NCBI GenBank assembly: GCA_951406725.2
Contig: OX597820.1
Location: 59,768,001 to 59,832,000 of the forward strand
Direction of reading: 5' to 3'
Source of the DNA: Octopus vulgaris
Lineage: Eukaryota
DNA length: 64,000 nt
A program made the position numbers and the translations under genes. Positions 1 through 14,130 of this stretch are shown here, one piece after another. Below the pieces are notes generated by a model. It was not told where the DNA came from. It saw nothing but the letters and a program-made list of their open reading frames with translations, and did not search any database. Position 1 is the stretch's first letter, and each line of letters begins with the position of its first letter.

Positions 1-99
1 TTTCATGAGTTTACTTTGTCTTAGAAGGAATTTCTTAATGAGAATTAGGGGTTCTCTCCCTTCACCCTCAGTGCTTCATATGCTAATTAACCCATATAT

Positions 100-245
100 G
101 GGACCCTAACAAGTGCTACTATTCCAGGTAAGAGTAAACCTGGGAAAAGTAGTGGTTAAGCGGTGGTTCCACACTCCTCAAAAACCTGGAACTCCTGTAT
201 CAGAGCCACTCTACCGGATGCAGTTTAAAGTTGTACCCAAGACAT
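100..245 (+). repeat. Short interspersed repeat (second copy at ~35770-35912)
   Basis: Shared sequence g(c/t)actac...acctgggaaaa...cggatgcagtttaaagt...gaca between the two loci. Confidence 0.55.
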
Positions 246-463
246 ACATACATTTACATGTGTGTGTGTATGTGTGTGTGTGTGTGAAAGTGTGTGTGTA
301 TGTGTGAAAGTGTGTGTGTATGTGTGTGTGTGTGTGTGTGTGTGAGTGTGTGTGTGTGCGTGTGTATGCGCGCGCGTGCGTACGCATGTATTTCAATAGT
401 CTTATCTTTATTGCCTGCTTCCGCTACTTAACTGAGCGTAACTTTGTGTACCACGGCCACATG

Positions 464-533
<70 letters not shown>

Positions 534-1069
534 TGGTTTCGTTTTACAATCTATTTTAAGTCTTTGGATTTTGATTATTTTGTTGCCTGTCTCGTTTTTT
601 AATAATTTCCAAGACGCCTATTATCAGAAAGAAACTCACTGCTTTCAGTTTTTACATTCTGATTATCTCTATCACCAGATCTTTATATCTGGATGTTTTT
701 TTCTCAGTTCTTTGAGCAATACATTAAGGTATGTTGAGACTGATGTGTCGTTCATGAGACATTTCTTTTCATGAAGTTAACTGACAATAATACCAGACGG
801 TTTTCCTCAGTTTCTCTACGTGAATTGGTACATACCAAAGTGGGACTTTTGACTTTCTCTGAAACCTATTGCAACCTATATTCCCTCCATATTTTCTCTC
901 AAACCATGTTCATGTCCGTATTTTATGATGTCTGTACCATTCTCACCCCCATCCGGTATTTCACATCGCTAGCATACATTTCAGTTTATGAAAACTCAAA
1001 CACTGCTATGCTTGTGCGCGCATGCGTTCATACATGCATGCACACACACACACACACTCTTTTGTTAAG

Positions 1070-1320
1070 ACTGGGTGTCGTCAGGCGTTCAGTGCTCTCT
1101 ACCAGACGGACAATGTGGTAGGCCGATCGTATTGATCAATTGGTGGAAAACTAGTTGAGTGAAAGAGCGGCGATGTCCTTGGGGAAACTCTGAGCAAACT
1201 GATTGGGCTGTTCCGAAGAACTTTCTGCCCGGGAACGACAAAAGGCTTTAGCCTGGCAGTGCTAAGGATTTCTGAAGGGGGCTCTGCCGGTTCGAGATAA
1301 ACTCGACAAGCACGGAAGAC
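1070..1320 (+). mobile_element. Degraded Tx1/L1-type LINE ORF2 fragment (region preceding the C-terminal zinc finger)
   Basis: Translates to ...GALPVRDKLDKHG..., the LPxRDxL motif typical of the zf-RVT region of Tx1/L1 ORF2; frameshifted. Confidence 0.55.
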
Positions 1321-2400
1321 CTTGTAATCGTTGCCTTAAAAGTGCAGCATAGTGATGAAGAGATAGCTCGCTTCCTGAAAGTTGCTCGACGTTTCGTTGT
1401 CAAAGTTCGAAAGGAGCTGGAAGCAGGTAATTTGGATCCAACATTAGCAGCTAAGCACAAAGCGCATGCGCAGAGTTCCAATACCATCAGAACTCAACTT
1501 TATAATAAAGGTCTAAGAAATAATCGATAAATAGATAGATATGCACACTTACATACATACATACATACATATATACATACATACATACATACATACATAC
1601 ATACATACATACATACATACATACATACATACATACATACATACATGTTTGTTTGTGTTCGCGCGCATAGATTCAAAAAAGAATCGTTCGACCCGTGAAA
1701 AGCACTTACTAAAGAAGTTAAAACACCAAAAGACTGGAATGCATTGTTTTTTTTCTCCGATGAGAAAACCTTCAATTAAGACCAAAAGGTAAATCGAAGG
1801 ATCGACAAACGGTTGTACAGAGACCTGAAATGAAGTTCCAACGGCCATGCATACTAAGTTCGCAGTAATTCTGATGGGTCCAGGAGTTGTCAGCAACGAG
1901 GGAAATGTCATGCTTCCTCATTTTTTTTTTTTCACAGGTCTTAAGAGTCAATGCCACTGTGTTATACAAAGGTGTTGCAGAAAGCTGTGAGGCCCTGAAT
2001 AAATAGAGCACGCAACGGAAGACTAAGCTTCCGATAAGATTCTGTGCTGTCTCATAAATCTAAGACAACTCAGGTATGGATGCATGTCAATCTCCATGAT
2101 CATGTTCTCCCAGACACACGGTCACCTAGCTCGCCAGACCTCAATCTACTGGACTAGTACGTATGGAACATAGCTGAGAGAGAGGTCAGTCAACACCCCC
2201 ATATCGCCATACAGCCTCTCAAGTTAGCCAGAACCAAATCCCTCATAACCAGCACTATGTCCAAAATTGTTAAAGATCATCTGATTCGGGCATGCCAACA
2301 TCATTGACCTCGTATTGATGCAATCATTGATGCCAACGGTGGATTCATTAAATAGGTGTGAGAAACAGGTTCTCAAGACTATTTGTACCAATTTGTTTTC
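1320..2400 (+). mobile_element. Degraded Tc1/mariner-superfamily (DD37D/maT-like) transposase relic, split by a (TACA)n microsatellite
   Basis: HTH-like N-terminus (EEIARFLKVARRFVVKVRKEL), then MHTKF..GVVSNEGNVMLPHFF and PSSPDLNLLD*YVW motifs, with stops and frameshifts. Confidence 0.8.
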
Positions 2401-2759
2401 AAATAGAGCCTTCTTCTTCTTCTTCTTCTTCTTCTTCTTCTTCTTCTTCTTCTTCTTCTTCTTCTTCTTCTTCCAATCAGGACTCACGCCATTAGCCACA
2501 AAGAATAATCTCTAATTCGAGCCTACTCTAAGTTACTAAGAATGCGTGTGGCAACTTGAAGATCCACCCACCACACGCGATAGACTGGCAGTTGCACGAG
2601 CGCGAAAGCTACGTTGTTATCCTCATTCCGTAAACGGTGGCTTTTAACGGGTGGAGAGCTGAACTTTCCTGGGGTACAGAGGATTCGTAATCTAGACTAG
2701 GGTCTGAAAGTTTACCACATCATAATGGGTTACACCATGGTTCCTCTACTTTGTGGCAG

Positions 2760-2948
2760 AAGTAGGAAGAAAGAGTGAGAGAAAGTTGTGGCGAAAGAGT
2801 ACAGCTGGGTTCACCCTCCCCCGCCGGAGCCTCGTGGAGCTTAGGTGTTTTTTGCTCAATAAACACTCACAATGCCCGGTCTGGGAATCGAAACCGCGTA
2901 CTTACGACTGCGAGTCTGCTGCCCTAACCACTGGGCCATTGCGCCTCC
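2760..2948 (-). mobile_element. tRNA-derived SINE
   Basis: Reverse strand begins ggcgcaatggcccagtggttagggcagcagactcgcagtcgtaag...ggtttcgattccc (Pol III A and B boxes). Confidence 0.7.
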
Positions 2949-3542
2949 ACACTGCTTTCTTTTGATGAGCTATGCGTCTTTTTCTAAATTCATTCAAATG
3001 ACCTAAAAAACAAACGCACCTGTAGATATGCTCGCGCGCACACACACACACACACGCACACGACATTGACCAATCCCGGCTGGATTTGCGCGAGAACACA
3101 AAACTCTGGGATTAATATCGCAAGGTATTTCAGCAACGAGCTTGAATGCAGTGTTTTTCCCCCGTTTACCAAATTAGTTACATTCGCAGGGCTTTAACAG
3201 ACCCATGACTGCATGCATCTTTCCAAAGCGCGGTTCAGTAAGAACGAACCCGTAATTATCTCTACTAACACGGTGTATTCCAATATTGAAAAATATAGGA
3301 TTGCCAAAATAGAGAACGAAACATACAAACTTTTGCCATAATAGTATTGGTATGGTTGTTGCTATTGCTGTTGTTGTTGTGGTTGTTGCTGCTTCAGTTG
3401 CTGCTGCTGCTACTTCTACTGCTGTTGTGGCTTAGACCCAAGACAGACATGATTACGTAGACATATGTTCAAATGCATTCCAGTCGTAACGTTTCTATCT
3501 TTTCCAGGCACAGTATACACAGGATTGCATTATTCAAAGTGT

Positions 3543-3730
3543 CGGCGAGATGGCAGCATATCTTCCAGCTTTACGTTCCGAGTTCAAATGCTGCCGAGGT
3601 CAACTTTGGCTTTTATTCTTTCTGGGTCGATAAAATAAAGTACCAGCCAAGTACTGGGTTGATGTAATCAACTAACATCCCCTCTCCACTGAAAATGCTT
3701 ACCTCGTAACAAACGTTTAAACCATTAATT
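3543..3730 (+). mobile_element. SINE family B, degraded copy
   Basis: Matches ggcgagctggcag...gttcaaat..gccgaggtcaactttg...gggtcgataaa..aagtaccag. Confidence 0.65.
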
Positions 3731-4728
3731 CAATGTACCCAATTTTAAGTCGGTAGAGTACAGCTTGAGGGAAATTGTCCTATTATTTCTAATAGTTCGA
3801 GTGGCTAAGGTTGAGCTTTTCTTCGTTGGCTTGTTGGTAGTTAATAGTGGGTCGTTGGTGGCAATGGTGGCGAAAGCGGTGTTGTTTTCCTTAGAGGTAG
3901 TAACGGCGATGCTGGTGGTGATGAGGCAGAAAACGAAAGAGGGGCAGGGAGGGAGGCTTAGGAAGAGGGGGATAAATGATGTCTTGGCAAGACGTAGAGA
4001 TCAAAGAGAATTGACAAGTCCACACAGCAAGAGGAAATGTAATTTAAAAGTGCTTAAAAAAGACAAAAATATGTGTATGTGAGTGTGTATATACACGTGT
4101 GTGCATGAGAGGGGTTTGGAAGAGGTGAGGACTCAACGTGGGCCGAAACTAAAACTGTAAACGACGAGGCAAAACTCAATCAATCAGACCAATTAGACGA
4201 ATGAACAAAAGTTTAGAAAGAAGCAAAAATAGATAGACAGAAAGAAAGAAGCAATTGAATAAAGATTAGCGAAAGAAAGCCAATTTGTAAGCGGGGGGAA
4301 AGACAAAAACGTTCAGAGAAAGAAGGAAACGAAACGAAAAAGCGGAGGAAGAAAAAATGGGGGGAGAGAGCGATGACGGAAAGAGAGAAGTGAAGATACA
4401 AGAGAAAGAATTATGTGAAAAAATAAGAGAAAGAAAGAATGAAAGAAAGAATGAAAGAAAGAACGAGAGAAAGGAAGGAATGTTGATAGTAGTTAGAGAG
4501 AGAGAAAAAAAGAAGCAAAAAATGGCTATGTAAATGAATGAATATGAGTATGAATGAATGAGAGATAGCAACTGTATAAACTGAAAGATGTTTCTTGAAG
4601 TGTGTGCAACTTTTAACTTAAGACCACCCACATGGATTCAAAGAATTTTGACCGATCTTAATTGAATATGAAAATGATATAATTATCGTAAGTGTGGTTT
4701 GAAGTTGAAGAGGGAGGGAGACAGAAAT

Positions 4729-4791
<63 letters not shown>

Positions 4792-6074
4792 AGGAAAGAG
4801 AGAGAATGATGGGAAGAATGAGAGAGCTGTGGAGGAGGCAGAAAGAGAAAAGAAGAAGCAGGAGTGGCGGAAAAGAAAGCGAGAAAGCGAGAGTGAAAGA
4901 AAAGGAACGAAGGAAATAAAGAAAAAAAAAAATAAATTAAAAAATGTATATTTAAAAAAAAAATCATTTTTTCCCGTCATGATAACAGCAACAGCTTTGT
5001 AGTATAATAAACAATGTTAAGAGTACGGGGTGTTTGTAAGAGGTGGTGGGGGTGTAATGGAATGATTGCGTGGTGAGATGAGGTACGGGGAGTGGAGACA
5101 TAGTGGTGGTGGTGGTGGTGGTGGTGGTGGTGGGGTTGGATGTGGTGTGGGAGGGGTTATTTGGTGGGTGAGGGCTCTCGGTGGGCGTGGGGGTGATAGA
5201 TGTTTCAAGATATGATATAGCTGGTGGAATTAATTCCTCGGAAGAAAAAAAAAATTAATTTTAACAAATGAATTATATGTACATGCCAAACATACAGTAG
5301 CATGTTGAAACATACATACACATAAAATAATGCGCGTATGGGAATGTATCTGGCACACACACACACATACACACACACACACACACACATACAATTACAT
5401 ACATATACTTACATGCCCTCACAGACATGGCGCATAATATGTTGGGGTTGGGCTTACGTACCAATTAAATACAAACATAAGTAAAATGTATTTTAAAATC
5501 GTCTTGGGCATGTTTTCGTTTGAAATATGAAAAATTGGTAGCTTAATTATACTAAGCGCGCATACACACGCATATACATAGATACACATAAGCATGTATG
5601 TAAAAGTGCTTTACATAAATACACACGTACCTACACAAGTAGATAATCAATGAAAGAAAAATATACATAGGTTATACTTCAACCTAAATATACACAATTA
5701 GTCGCAGAAATACGTACGCAGCATCACACATACTCACACACTCACACAAACACACACACACACACACAACCTGACATGTACAAACATGCGTACATAAACA
5801 CTCGCACCGACACAAAGACACACTCATACACACAGAGGTGTATATATAACTTCCATGCTTATACACGGACCACCATGAGAGAAAAGATTTTCTAGCGGAT
5901 TACTGTATGTAATTGCAGTAAAACTAGAGGGGAATTTTATTCCCTCTTCACCACCTACCGACATCACTACCCTCATACTCTTTTATTCTTTAGCTGGTTC
6001 CAGTCATTGGCTTGCGGCCATGTCAGAATACCGCCTAAAAACGGTTTATACCGATTATATCGAACTCAATTAAA

Positions 6075-6505
6075 GGATCTTTTCGGTTTGAACGGCAGTT
6101 TTTAACAATTTCTAGGTAACTAAAAAAATTTAAACTTCGTATACTGGTAGAATGTGTTTATAAAACATCTTTTTCTCTTGGCTTTATTGAGAAAATTCTA
6201 TAGTTTGTAAGATATTTGTTGCTTTTTCCTTCTTCAATTTCTGCAATTTCAACCAATCACTGATGTCTATTGAGACAAAAGACATTCTGTGCTGTATGAA
6301 TATGTCCCTCGTTAAAGAAACAGATTGGGTTTATTTACATTTGTGAAGAAAAAAGATACCCTTCCCCCACTCCTAACCCTAACCCTAACTAACCCTAATC
6401 CTAAAACAGATTGAAATGCAATAGATCGATACTAGGGTCATAACTATGGGTGACAATTTCATATGACACCGCTAGATGTAACTGCCGTTCAAACCGAAAA
6501 GATCC
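6075..6505. mobile_element. Non-autonomous DNA transposon (MITE), Merlin-like, with internal (CCCTAA)-like repeats
   Basis: Perfect 26-bp TIR GGATCTTTTCGGTTTGAACGGCAGTT / AACTGCCGTTCAAACCGAAAAGATCC; 8-bp TSD CAATTAAA (6067-6074, 6506-6513). GG termini plus an 8-bp TSD fit Merlin. Confidence 0.85.
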
Positions 6506-6621
6506 CAATTAAAGAATAAATTATTCACGTTGCAAAAGCCTGTCCTACTTCTTATGCAAATTAGGCATGCCAATTTAATTTTGTCTGAGTTTGTGTATAA
6601 TGTAAATAGCTACAAGCTGCT

Positions 6622-6680
<59 letters not shown>

Positions 6681-6787
6681 CTCTCTCTCTCTCTAGGAAA
6701 TACAGGCTGCTATACTCTCTCTCTCTCTCTCTCTCTCTCGCTCTCTCTCTCTCTCTCGCACTCTCTCTCTAGGAAAATATGTAAAAG

Positions 6788-6828
6788 ATTTCTGATGAAG
6801 CCTTAAAAACACTGAAACTAGTCAGTTA
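6788..6828 (+). ncRNA. Minimal type I hammerhead ribozyme motif, degenerate stems
   Basis: CTGATGA(6792)-ag...ct-GAAA-CTAG-TC. Core and palindromic stem III are intact; stems I and II are only ~2 bp. Confidence 0.5.
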
Positions 6829-6998
6829 AATTTCTTTTTCTGGCCTCGTAAAGAAAAAACATGACATGATTTAATCATAGTATATACGTATTATGTGCAT
6901 ACTAAAAACATACGCTCGTACGTTTACCTTACATCTCTCTCATTCTCTCTATGTATGTATGTATGCATGTAAGTGTACATATCTATCTATTTATCTAT

Positions 6999-7047
<49 letters not shown>

Positions 7048-7350
7048 AGCGTTTCGTGTTACGCTTAGAAACAATACACGTCAATACAACTTCCAACTCG
7101 AATCGAATAGAACAAACCACTCCAAATCCTAGTAATTGTATTTATGTAAATGGAGTTAGGACTGGCTAGCTTGCATTGGCATAAAGTCGTATAATATATA
7201 ATAATCAAGTAAAACCAAGTAACGATGTCTTAACTGAGGAAGATTTTGTGTAAGAAGCGAAATTCCCTTTTCATCTTTTGCGTAATTATGGGAAACGTAC
7301 GTATTAAATGCATATGATAGTTTCAAAATATTACTCGGTTTGACTTCAGG

Positions 7351-7410
<60 letters not shown>

Positions 7411-7450
7411 GTGTGTGTATATATTATTATTATCCTCCTCCTCATCATCA

Positions 7451-7544
<94 letters not shown>

Positions 7545-7692
7545 ACACAAAACAAAAAATGGAACAAGAACAGGCAACAACAAAACATTCGGACAGTTAG
7601 ACGATACAAAGAAGGACAGGGAAAAACAAGGACGGGTCATTCGGAGCTTTCAATCTTCAGTCGAGTACCAGATCGTCTTTGCAGTTTCGGCC
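7545..7692 (-). repeat. Interspersed repeat P1 (possible Penelope pLTR-like fragment), copy 1; others at 18728-18882(+) and 19748-19860(-)
   Basis: Shared sequence ccgaaactgcaaagacgatctggtactcgactgaaga..gaaagctccgaatgacccgtccttg; all three copies abut (TA)n. Confidence 0.65.
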
Positions 7693-7694
7693 GC

Positions 7695-7890
7695 TCAGTG
7701 GTTAGAGCGTCAGACTCACAATCATGAAATAGTGAGTTCGATTCCCGGACCGAGCCATGTGTTGTGTTCTTGAGTAAGGCACTTTATTTCAGGTTGCTCC
7801 GGTCTACTCGGCTGCAGAAACGAGTTGCGACGCCATTGGTGCCAAGCTGTATCGGCCTTTGCCTTTCCCTTGGATAACAACGGTGGCGCA
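7695..7890 (+). mobile_element. tRNA-derived SINE family C
   Basis: cagtggttagagcgtcagactcacaatcatgaaatagtgagttcgattcccgg followed by ttgagtaaggcactttatttca. Confidence 0.7.
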
Positions 7891-10800
7891 TGGCTAATCT
7901 AAAAGTTAAACCCAGCGGACCAGTTCAAATTTTCTAACACCTACCACCATGAGAATTATCGAATTATTTTATTGCTAAATATGCAAATGGTTGTTGTTAA
8001 TAGAAATTCAAACTCGCCGGTTTCAAATCCCCGTAAACATATACAATTTTATTGCAACCATTTTTGTTTCTATACACTTTCAAAAAGGTAGGCGAAACCT
8101 ATGGCTGCACAAAGGGATCACCTCAGTAAATTTATTTAAAGTTTTTGACCCCAAAGACTTAAGGATGGCGAGGGATTCCCTTACCCATAACTTACACTTA
8201 TTGATATTTATTCTGAAGTAAGGGGCCCTCGAAATAACGGACCATTCAAGAGAATATCTTTTCTTATTCCTCTTTAAACCGTGTATATAAGAAGCAAGTG
8301 TAGTAGAATTGCAGTATTTTTCGTTGAAAACGAATTCATATGGGCCCTATACCTAACTTTAAAATTTACCGTACTGCCTATATAAAATTTATCTAAATTA
8401 CCCTCCTCTTTAACAATGCATTTATATATTGCATTAGACAGAACCCATCAATGGGGCATAACCCAGGGTTTCTACAATTACATGATTTGCCAGAGCCATC
8501 ACCTAACCTTATTGTTACTACCAGCATTATTCACCTGGCTTCCCACATTCTTTCTTTTACCTATCTTATTACTGGGGTTCGATACGACCGGTGGGAGCGA
8601 TAAATCTGCCATCAAAATTCTCTTACTTAGTAATGCCAAATTTTGCCTCCTTTATTGCATCTATTAATAGAAACAAGTTAAGTGGGCAAGGGCATTGAAG
8701 GTGTTTTTCTACTGGAAACCCCAGTACTGGGCAAATAAGCTCTAGTACGCCTAAGGTTAGTGCTACTAACCATTTGCTCCCACCGGTCGTGCTTCGGTAT
8801 ATAGAATACAGCAAATAATATATTCACTGATAAATGCAGAAATTAGTGAACAATACATTTGCCAGGCATTGCTTTCCCAATACAAGTAAATTTGTTATTC
8901 ACTGTTTTCTGAGATTTTCTCTCAGACAAAAGCCACAGCATTGTGTCTTTCAACGGTGTATATATATTCTGTTTGATAAACAGATAGTGGTATCATTTCA
9001 GCGTTGTTTCGGTTGTGTTACCTGATTTTTTAAAGCAGCCTCTCAGAATCCTAGGTATTTTTTTGTCTTATTGGCATCAAATTCAAGTTATATTAATCCC
9101 CATCGACCTCAACAGCAATGAGATAAGTCTGCAAATGAAGTGCTTTGAGCACTTGGCCTCTTTCTCGAGCAATTGGAAAAAGAATAATTTTTCAGTAGAA
9201 ATGCGTTTATTGCAATCTAGAAGTACGGAAACTCTGTAAATTCGAAACTCCTATGATGTAATAGAGAATTGAATAAATGATGCAATGAAGAGAGGCAAAA
9301 CAGAGAATGGTAGAGGGGACAATGTTAATTTTAAAGACCATAACAGTATCATATTGTTCCCCTTAAATTAACAGAAACCGTTATTTTCTCTGGAAGTATG
9401 GATCGATGGATAGATGGATGGATCGATCGATCGATCTCATTTTGTGAAACAATAACTTTGAGTCGACTATGATTTGTGAATGAAAGCTGTGCAGAAAATC
9501 TTATGTATTCTTGCATCGTGGGCTTAAACCATCGTCCAGTTTAACATCACCGCCATCTTCCCCTTGAGTTCACCCCTTGGCAAACATCAGGAGCAGAACT
9601 CTGGTCTGAGAATATCAAAGATAACTATCCTTTTCCTCCACATCAATTTCAGAGTTTCGGTAAAAGTCAAGGGCGCTGAATTTTATTCTCGGGAAAAGGC
9701 ATTCAAACATAGATAAAACTATACAGACTAACACTGAATTTTGATAGTTTTCCTGATACTCACTACATACTCTACGTTTAAAATTCTGATCTAGTTTCTA
9801 GTATCCATAATCGGGTATCGTGTAACGATGATACGACCTTCACTTTCTGATTTTAGACCAGAACTGTTGCGTGAGGTTAGCATTTGCATAACTTAATGAC
9901 AGTATATTCCCCGTCTCCCTTTAATACTAACCTCAAAAGGTATATGTTGCTATCTTTGTATTAGCTTATCATTCAGCTCTATTCTTTTATTTTAGTATCT
10001 TTTTATATTATAAATTTTATACAACCTCTCTCTCTCTCCTTCACGAAGAAATCGACTGTAATCAGGTCTAGAAAAGGATGAGGTTGACATACCTAATACA
10101 CGCCGTTTTCTCACAACAGCACCCCTACGACTCAAGCAGAAGTCGTGGGGCCAAGGCATGACAATACTTTGGGTATATATTGACTCTAATATGACCGAAA
10201 CATGTCCGGAGTTGTCCCTTTAATACGATGCAATAAGTAAAACAACGTTAGTCACGTACTAATATTGCTTTTACTTCACCACATAATTATTTCCTGGTAG
10301 ATTTTAATGCTTCCGGCATTAAACCTGTTAACACTGCCTTATCTTTGATTGTTTGGTTGACTCTCTTCGTTTTGTTTGACTACGTTTTCAACTGCTGTGA
10401 AGATTTTAAATGTTTCTTCATATTTCATTTGCTGGATTTGTAGACCTTTACCTGCCTTAATTTTGTTAGTCGTTGTTAGTTTATATTGGTTTTAATTTAA
10501 GAGGAATTTCTCTCAGCTCTTTTATGTTCTTGTAAATATATTCCCTGAATTCTTCGATTGTTTTTCTTTGCGTCTCTAATTGGTTTTCATCCCTAACACA
10601 GAGGGATGGCTTACAATAATTGTAGTTTCTTCCAGGTGGGCTTAGGATATCTATTATGGGTGTCAGTACCAGTTAAAATGTTGAAGTGGTGGGTGATTCG
10701 CATTGTGAAACGTTACTCCTTTTAAGGGAATCAGCATTTGTTATCTTGCTTTATCATTTTAACTACATTCCTATTTTCCCCTCTCGTGCCCTTTTCTTGC

Positions 10801-11191
10801 TATAAATCCTTAATACTGGAACTACTTTATCAATATGACGTATCTTCAGTTTCTAAAAGAGTGATGTGCTTTATATTTTGTGATATTCTTCCAGTACCAC
10901 TGTTGATGCATTCCACTATTATTCTTATTCCTTTTGTTTTTCTAGTATGTTACTTTATTTTCACTAACGGTTTCCCTTATCTCTCTCTCTCGAGTATTCC
11001 CTTATTTCTTCTTCAAAGCTCTTCCGTCAGCTTGTATTTTTTCTTTCTATATTATTTGATTTCCAATACAGTGATTTAGGATATCTTGAAAGTAATATAT
11101 TACGTCTAAAGACGTTCGTTCGTATATTTTAGTCCAATGACTGCGCTCTGACTTCGCTAAAACAACCTTCTGAAACTTCTATATTTTTAAA

Positions 11192-11238
<47 letters not shown>

Positions 11239-11358
11239 GTCTTTCTTTCATACAAATTCCTTTCTTTCACTCTCTTTTATATATATAAAAGAGAGAAAAA
11301 GAGAGTGTGTTTGTATGTGTTTGTGTGTGAGTGTGTGAATATGCCCATATGTGTGTGT

Positions 11359-11395
<37 letters not shown>

Positions 11396-11427
11396 ATTTA
11401 GGTATAAGTCAATTCGTGTGTTTAGAG

Positions 11428-11835
11428 AGCGGGGAGCTGGCAGAAGCGTTAGCATGCCGGGCGAAATGCTTAGCTGTATTTCGTCTGCTTTTACGTTCTG
11501 AGTTCAAATTCCGCCGAGGTCGTCTTTGCTTTTCATTCTTTCGGGGTCGATAAATTATGTACCAGTTACGCACTGGGGTCGATATAATCGACTTAATCCG
11601 TCTGTCTGTCCTTGTTTGTCTCCTCTGTGTTTAGCCCCTTGTGGGTAGTAAAGAAATAGGTATTTCGGTTGCCGTTACGTTCTGAGTTCAAATTCCGCCG
11701 AGGTTGACTTTGCCTTTCATCGTTTCGGGGTCGATAAATTAAGTACCAGATACGTACTGAGGTCGATGTAATCGACTTAATCCCTTTGTCTGTCCTTGTT
11801 TGTCCCCTCTATGTTTAGCCCCCTGTGGGCAATCG
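11428..11835 (+). mobile_element. SINE family B, tandem dimer
   Basis: tRNA-like head, then two copies of gttctgagttcaaattccgccgaggt...tcggggtcgataaatt..gtaccag...gtttagcccc. Confidence 0.85.
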
Positions 11836-11999
11836 ACAAATACCTGTTGTCGTCCGCAGACTGATGTGTCGAAACATATGTTGTACACAATTAAGGTTTA
11901 ATATTGAATTCATCTCCTGTTAATTAACATTATATATACATATATATACACACTCATATTTAAGTACGTTAGACACACACACACACACACGTTGATATA

Positions 12000-12840
12000 C
12001 CACAGAGTACAATCTTGTGTTGAATCAGAGCTGTTGAAATTTTCCCAGTGAGCAAGGTTATTCAGTACTTGGTTACGTCACCAAGCATACTCTATAGGGG
12101 ACAATTTTCACTTATTAATGTTACTCTATTCACACCGTCTAGTACTGGTCGTGGATAGAAACTAAACATACACCGCTTTCTGAAAGAATCGCAAACTCGC
12201 TGGCTCCAACTACATTTTCAGTTCTCTCTCTCTCACTCTCTCTCATACTTGGCTGCAAATATTGGTTTTCTAACCATTAATCTTTTTGCTGTACGCTACT
12301 CCTCTTCAAAGTGGCGAATTTCCGTGGTCACAATATCCTGCTGCCTTTGTTATTCTGTCAACGTATCAATTTGATCCATGTCTATCCTGCCCTCCAACCC
12401 ATGTTATCTGTACTTTATTTATAACTGTTCATTTCCATAGTGGTTTTTTTTTTCCTCAACAGTTTTTTCTCACGCTCCATTTGCTGATTCGTATAAACAA
12501 TGACCTCACTAGAATCCTGTAGCATCATACGGCAAAGGAGTTTTGATATTAAAATCCTCTTCCGGGTGATGTTGAAGTGTTTGTGCGAGAGCACTAATGC
12601 AAACCATCTTTCGCAAAGCTTACTTAGTAGGACACGAAGCCGCTTTTGTAGGAACCTACTGGCACACATTTCTCTTCTTTCCAGTTATGTTAATGGTATT
12701 TCATACACTTGGAGAAGCCATTAGAGCATTGGTAAATGACTATGTTAGTAACAACATGCCTTAAAGCTTTTTGTCAAGCCCCACAATTCAATAGCAGCAC
12801 AACAGTTATTTCAGCTTGATCTCTGTCTTAATACTCCCAC
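12000..12840 (-). mobile_element. Highly degraded LINE RT / 3' fragment
   Basis: Reverse strand shows LTK(A/S)F-like, LQVYEIP, SRFLQKRLRV and FYPR-like remnants across frames; many stops. Confidence 0.35.
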
Positions 12841-12876
12841 TCTTGGCATCGTTTAGAAGTACTGAATAGATACGCG

Positions 12877-13200
12877 AAGGCGCGTGGCTTAGTGGTGTTG
12901 GTATTCAGCTTTCCCTGCCGTAAGGGCGTGAGTTCGATACCTGGCGTCTTGTTGAGCCCTTAAGCAAGACACTTTACCTCACGTTACTCCAGTCCATTCA
13001 GCTGGCAAAAATGAGTAGTACCTACATTTCAAAGGGCCAGCCTTGTCACATTCTGTGTCACGCTGAAATCTCCCTAACAACTACGTTAAGGGTACGCGTG
13101 TCTGTGGAATGCTTAGCCACTTGCACGTTAATTTCACGAGCAAGCTGTTCTGTTGATCGGATCCACTGGAACCTTCGTCGTCGTAACCGACGGAGTGCTA
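12877..13200 (+). mobile_element. tRNA-derived SINE family C (another copy at 56297-56525)
   Basis: ggcgcgtggcttagtgg...gagttcgatacc...agcaagacacttt...ccattcagctggcaaaaatgagtag...accgacggagtgc. Confidence 0.8.
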
Positions 13201-13581
13201 GATAGTCGCTAAACCTACACTAAATTCACCCGTCCTTTTGACAGGTTTTGATTTTAGTCCTGCTGAGTTTCTAGCGTCCCTCCTCATCAGTCAGACCTAA
13301 TGGGGGTGCTGGTTTAGTCGCCAACGAACTGGCCACAGAACAGATTAAACTGCATTCCATGTTACCAGTAGCATTCATGAGACACGTCACAGTAGCACTC
13401 ATGAGACCTGACACATAGTCCCTAACAAATACATACATACATACATACATACATACATACATACATACATACATACATACATACATACATGCCTGTATGC
13501 ATGCATACATACATACATACATACATACATACATACATGTATGCATGCATACATACATACATACATACATACATACATACA

Positions 13582-13613
<32 letters not shown>

Positions 13614-14084
13614 AACATACATACGTACATATATAATACATGCATACATATGTATTATTTATAGCCTATCTGCTTCAAGATCCAACGTTTCAAGAAAAGA
13701 ATTATTTCGTGTTCTCTTGGATTTTATAGATTCTGACATCATCATCACCAACAACGCATACACGCTTTTAGTAATGCCTGCACTAATGTGTGTGTGTGTG
13801 TGTGTGTGTGTGTCCATGTGTTTGTGCTCATGTGTGTGTGTGTGCCTGTGTGTGTCCATATGTGAGTGTCCATGTGTATGTATATGTGTTCATGTGTGTG
13901 TATGTGTGTTCATGTATGTTTGTGTCCATGTGTGTCCGTGTGTGTGTATGTATGTGTGTATGTGTGTGTTTCCATGTGTGTGTGTGCCCATGTGTGTGTG
14001 TGTGCCTGTGTGTGTGTGTATGTGTCCATGTGTGTGTATGTGTGTTCATATATGTTTGTGTCCATGTGTGTCCATGTGTTTGTA

Positions 14085-14130
<46 letters not shown>

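Noticed and set aside
755-820. Minus-strand CTGAGGA...GAAATGTC candidate
   Set aside because: No stem I or stem II pairing.
7990-9350. Possible L1-type RT remnants on the minus strand (similar traces at 10300-11080, 26400-26940, 43100-43520; mariner-like at 60860-61170)
   Set aside because: Only faint motif resemblance by eye; too degraded to assign without a profile search.
13262-13297. Minus-strand CTGATGA...GAAAC hammerhead candidate
   Set aside because: No credible stem II or palindromic stem III, and the UH site is out of register with stem I.
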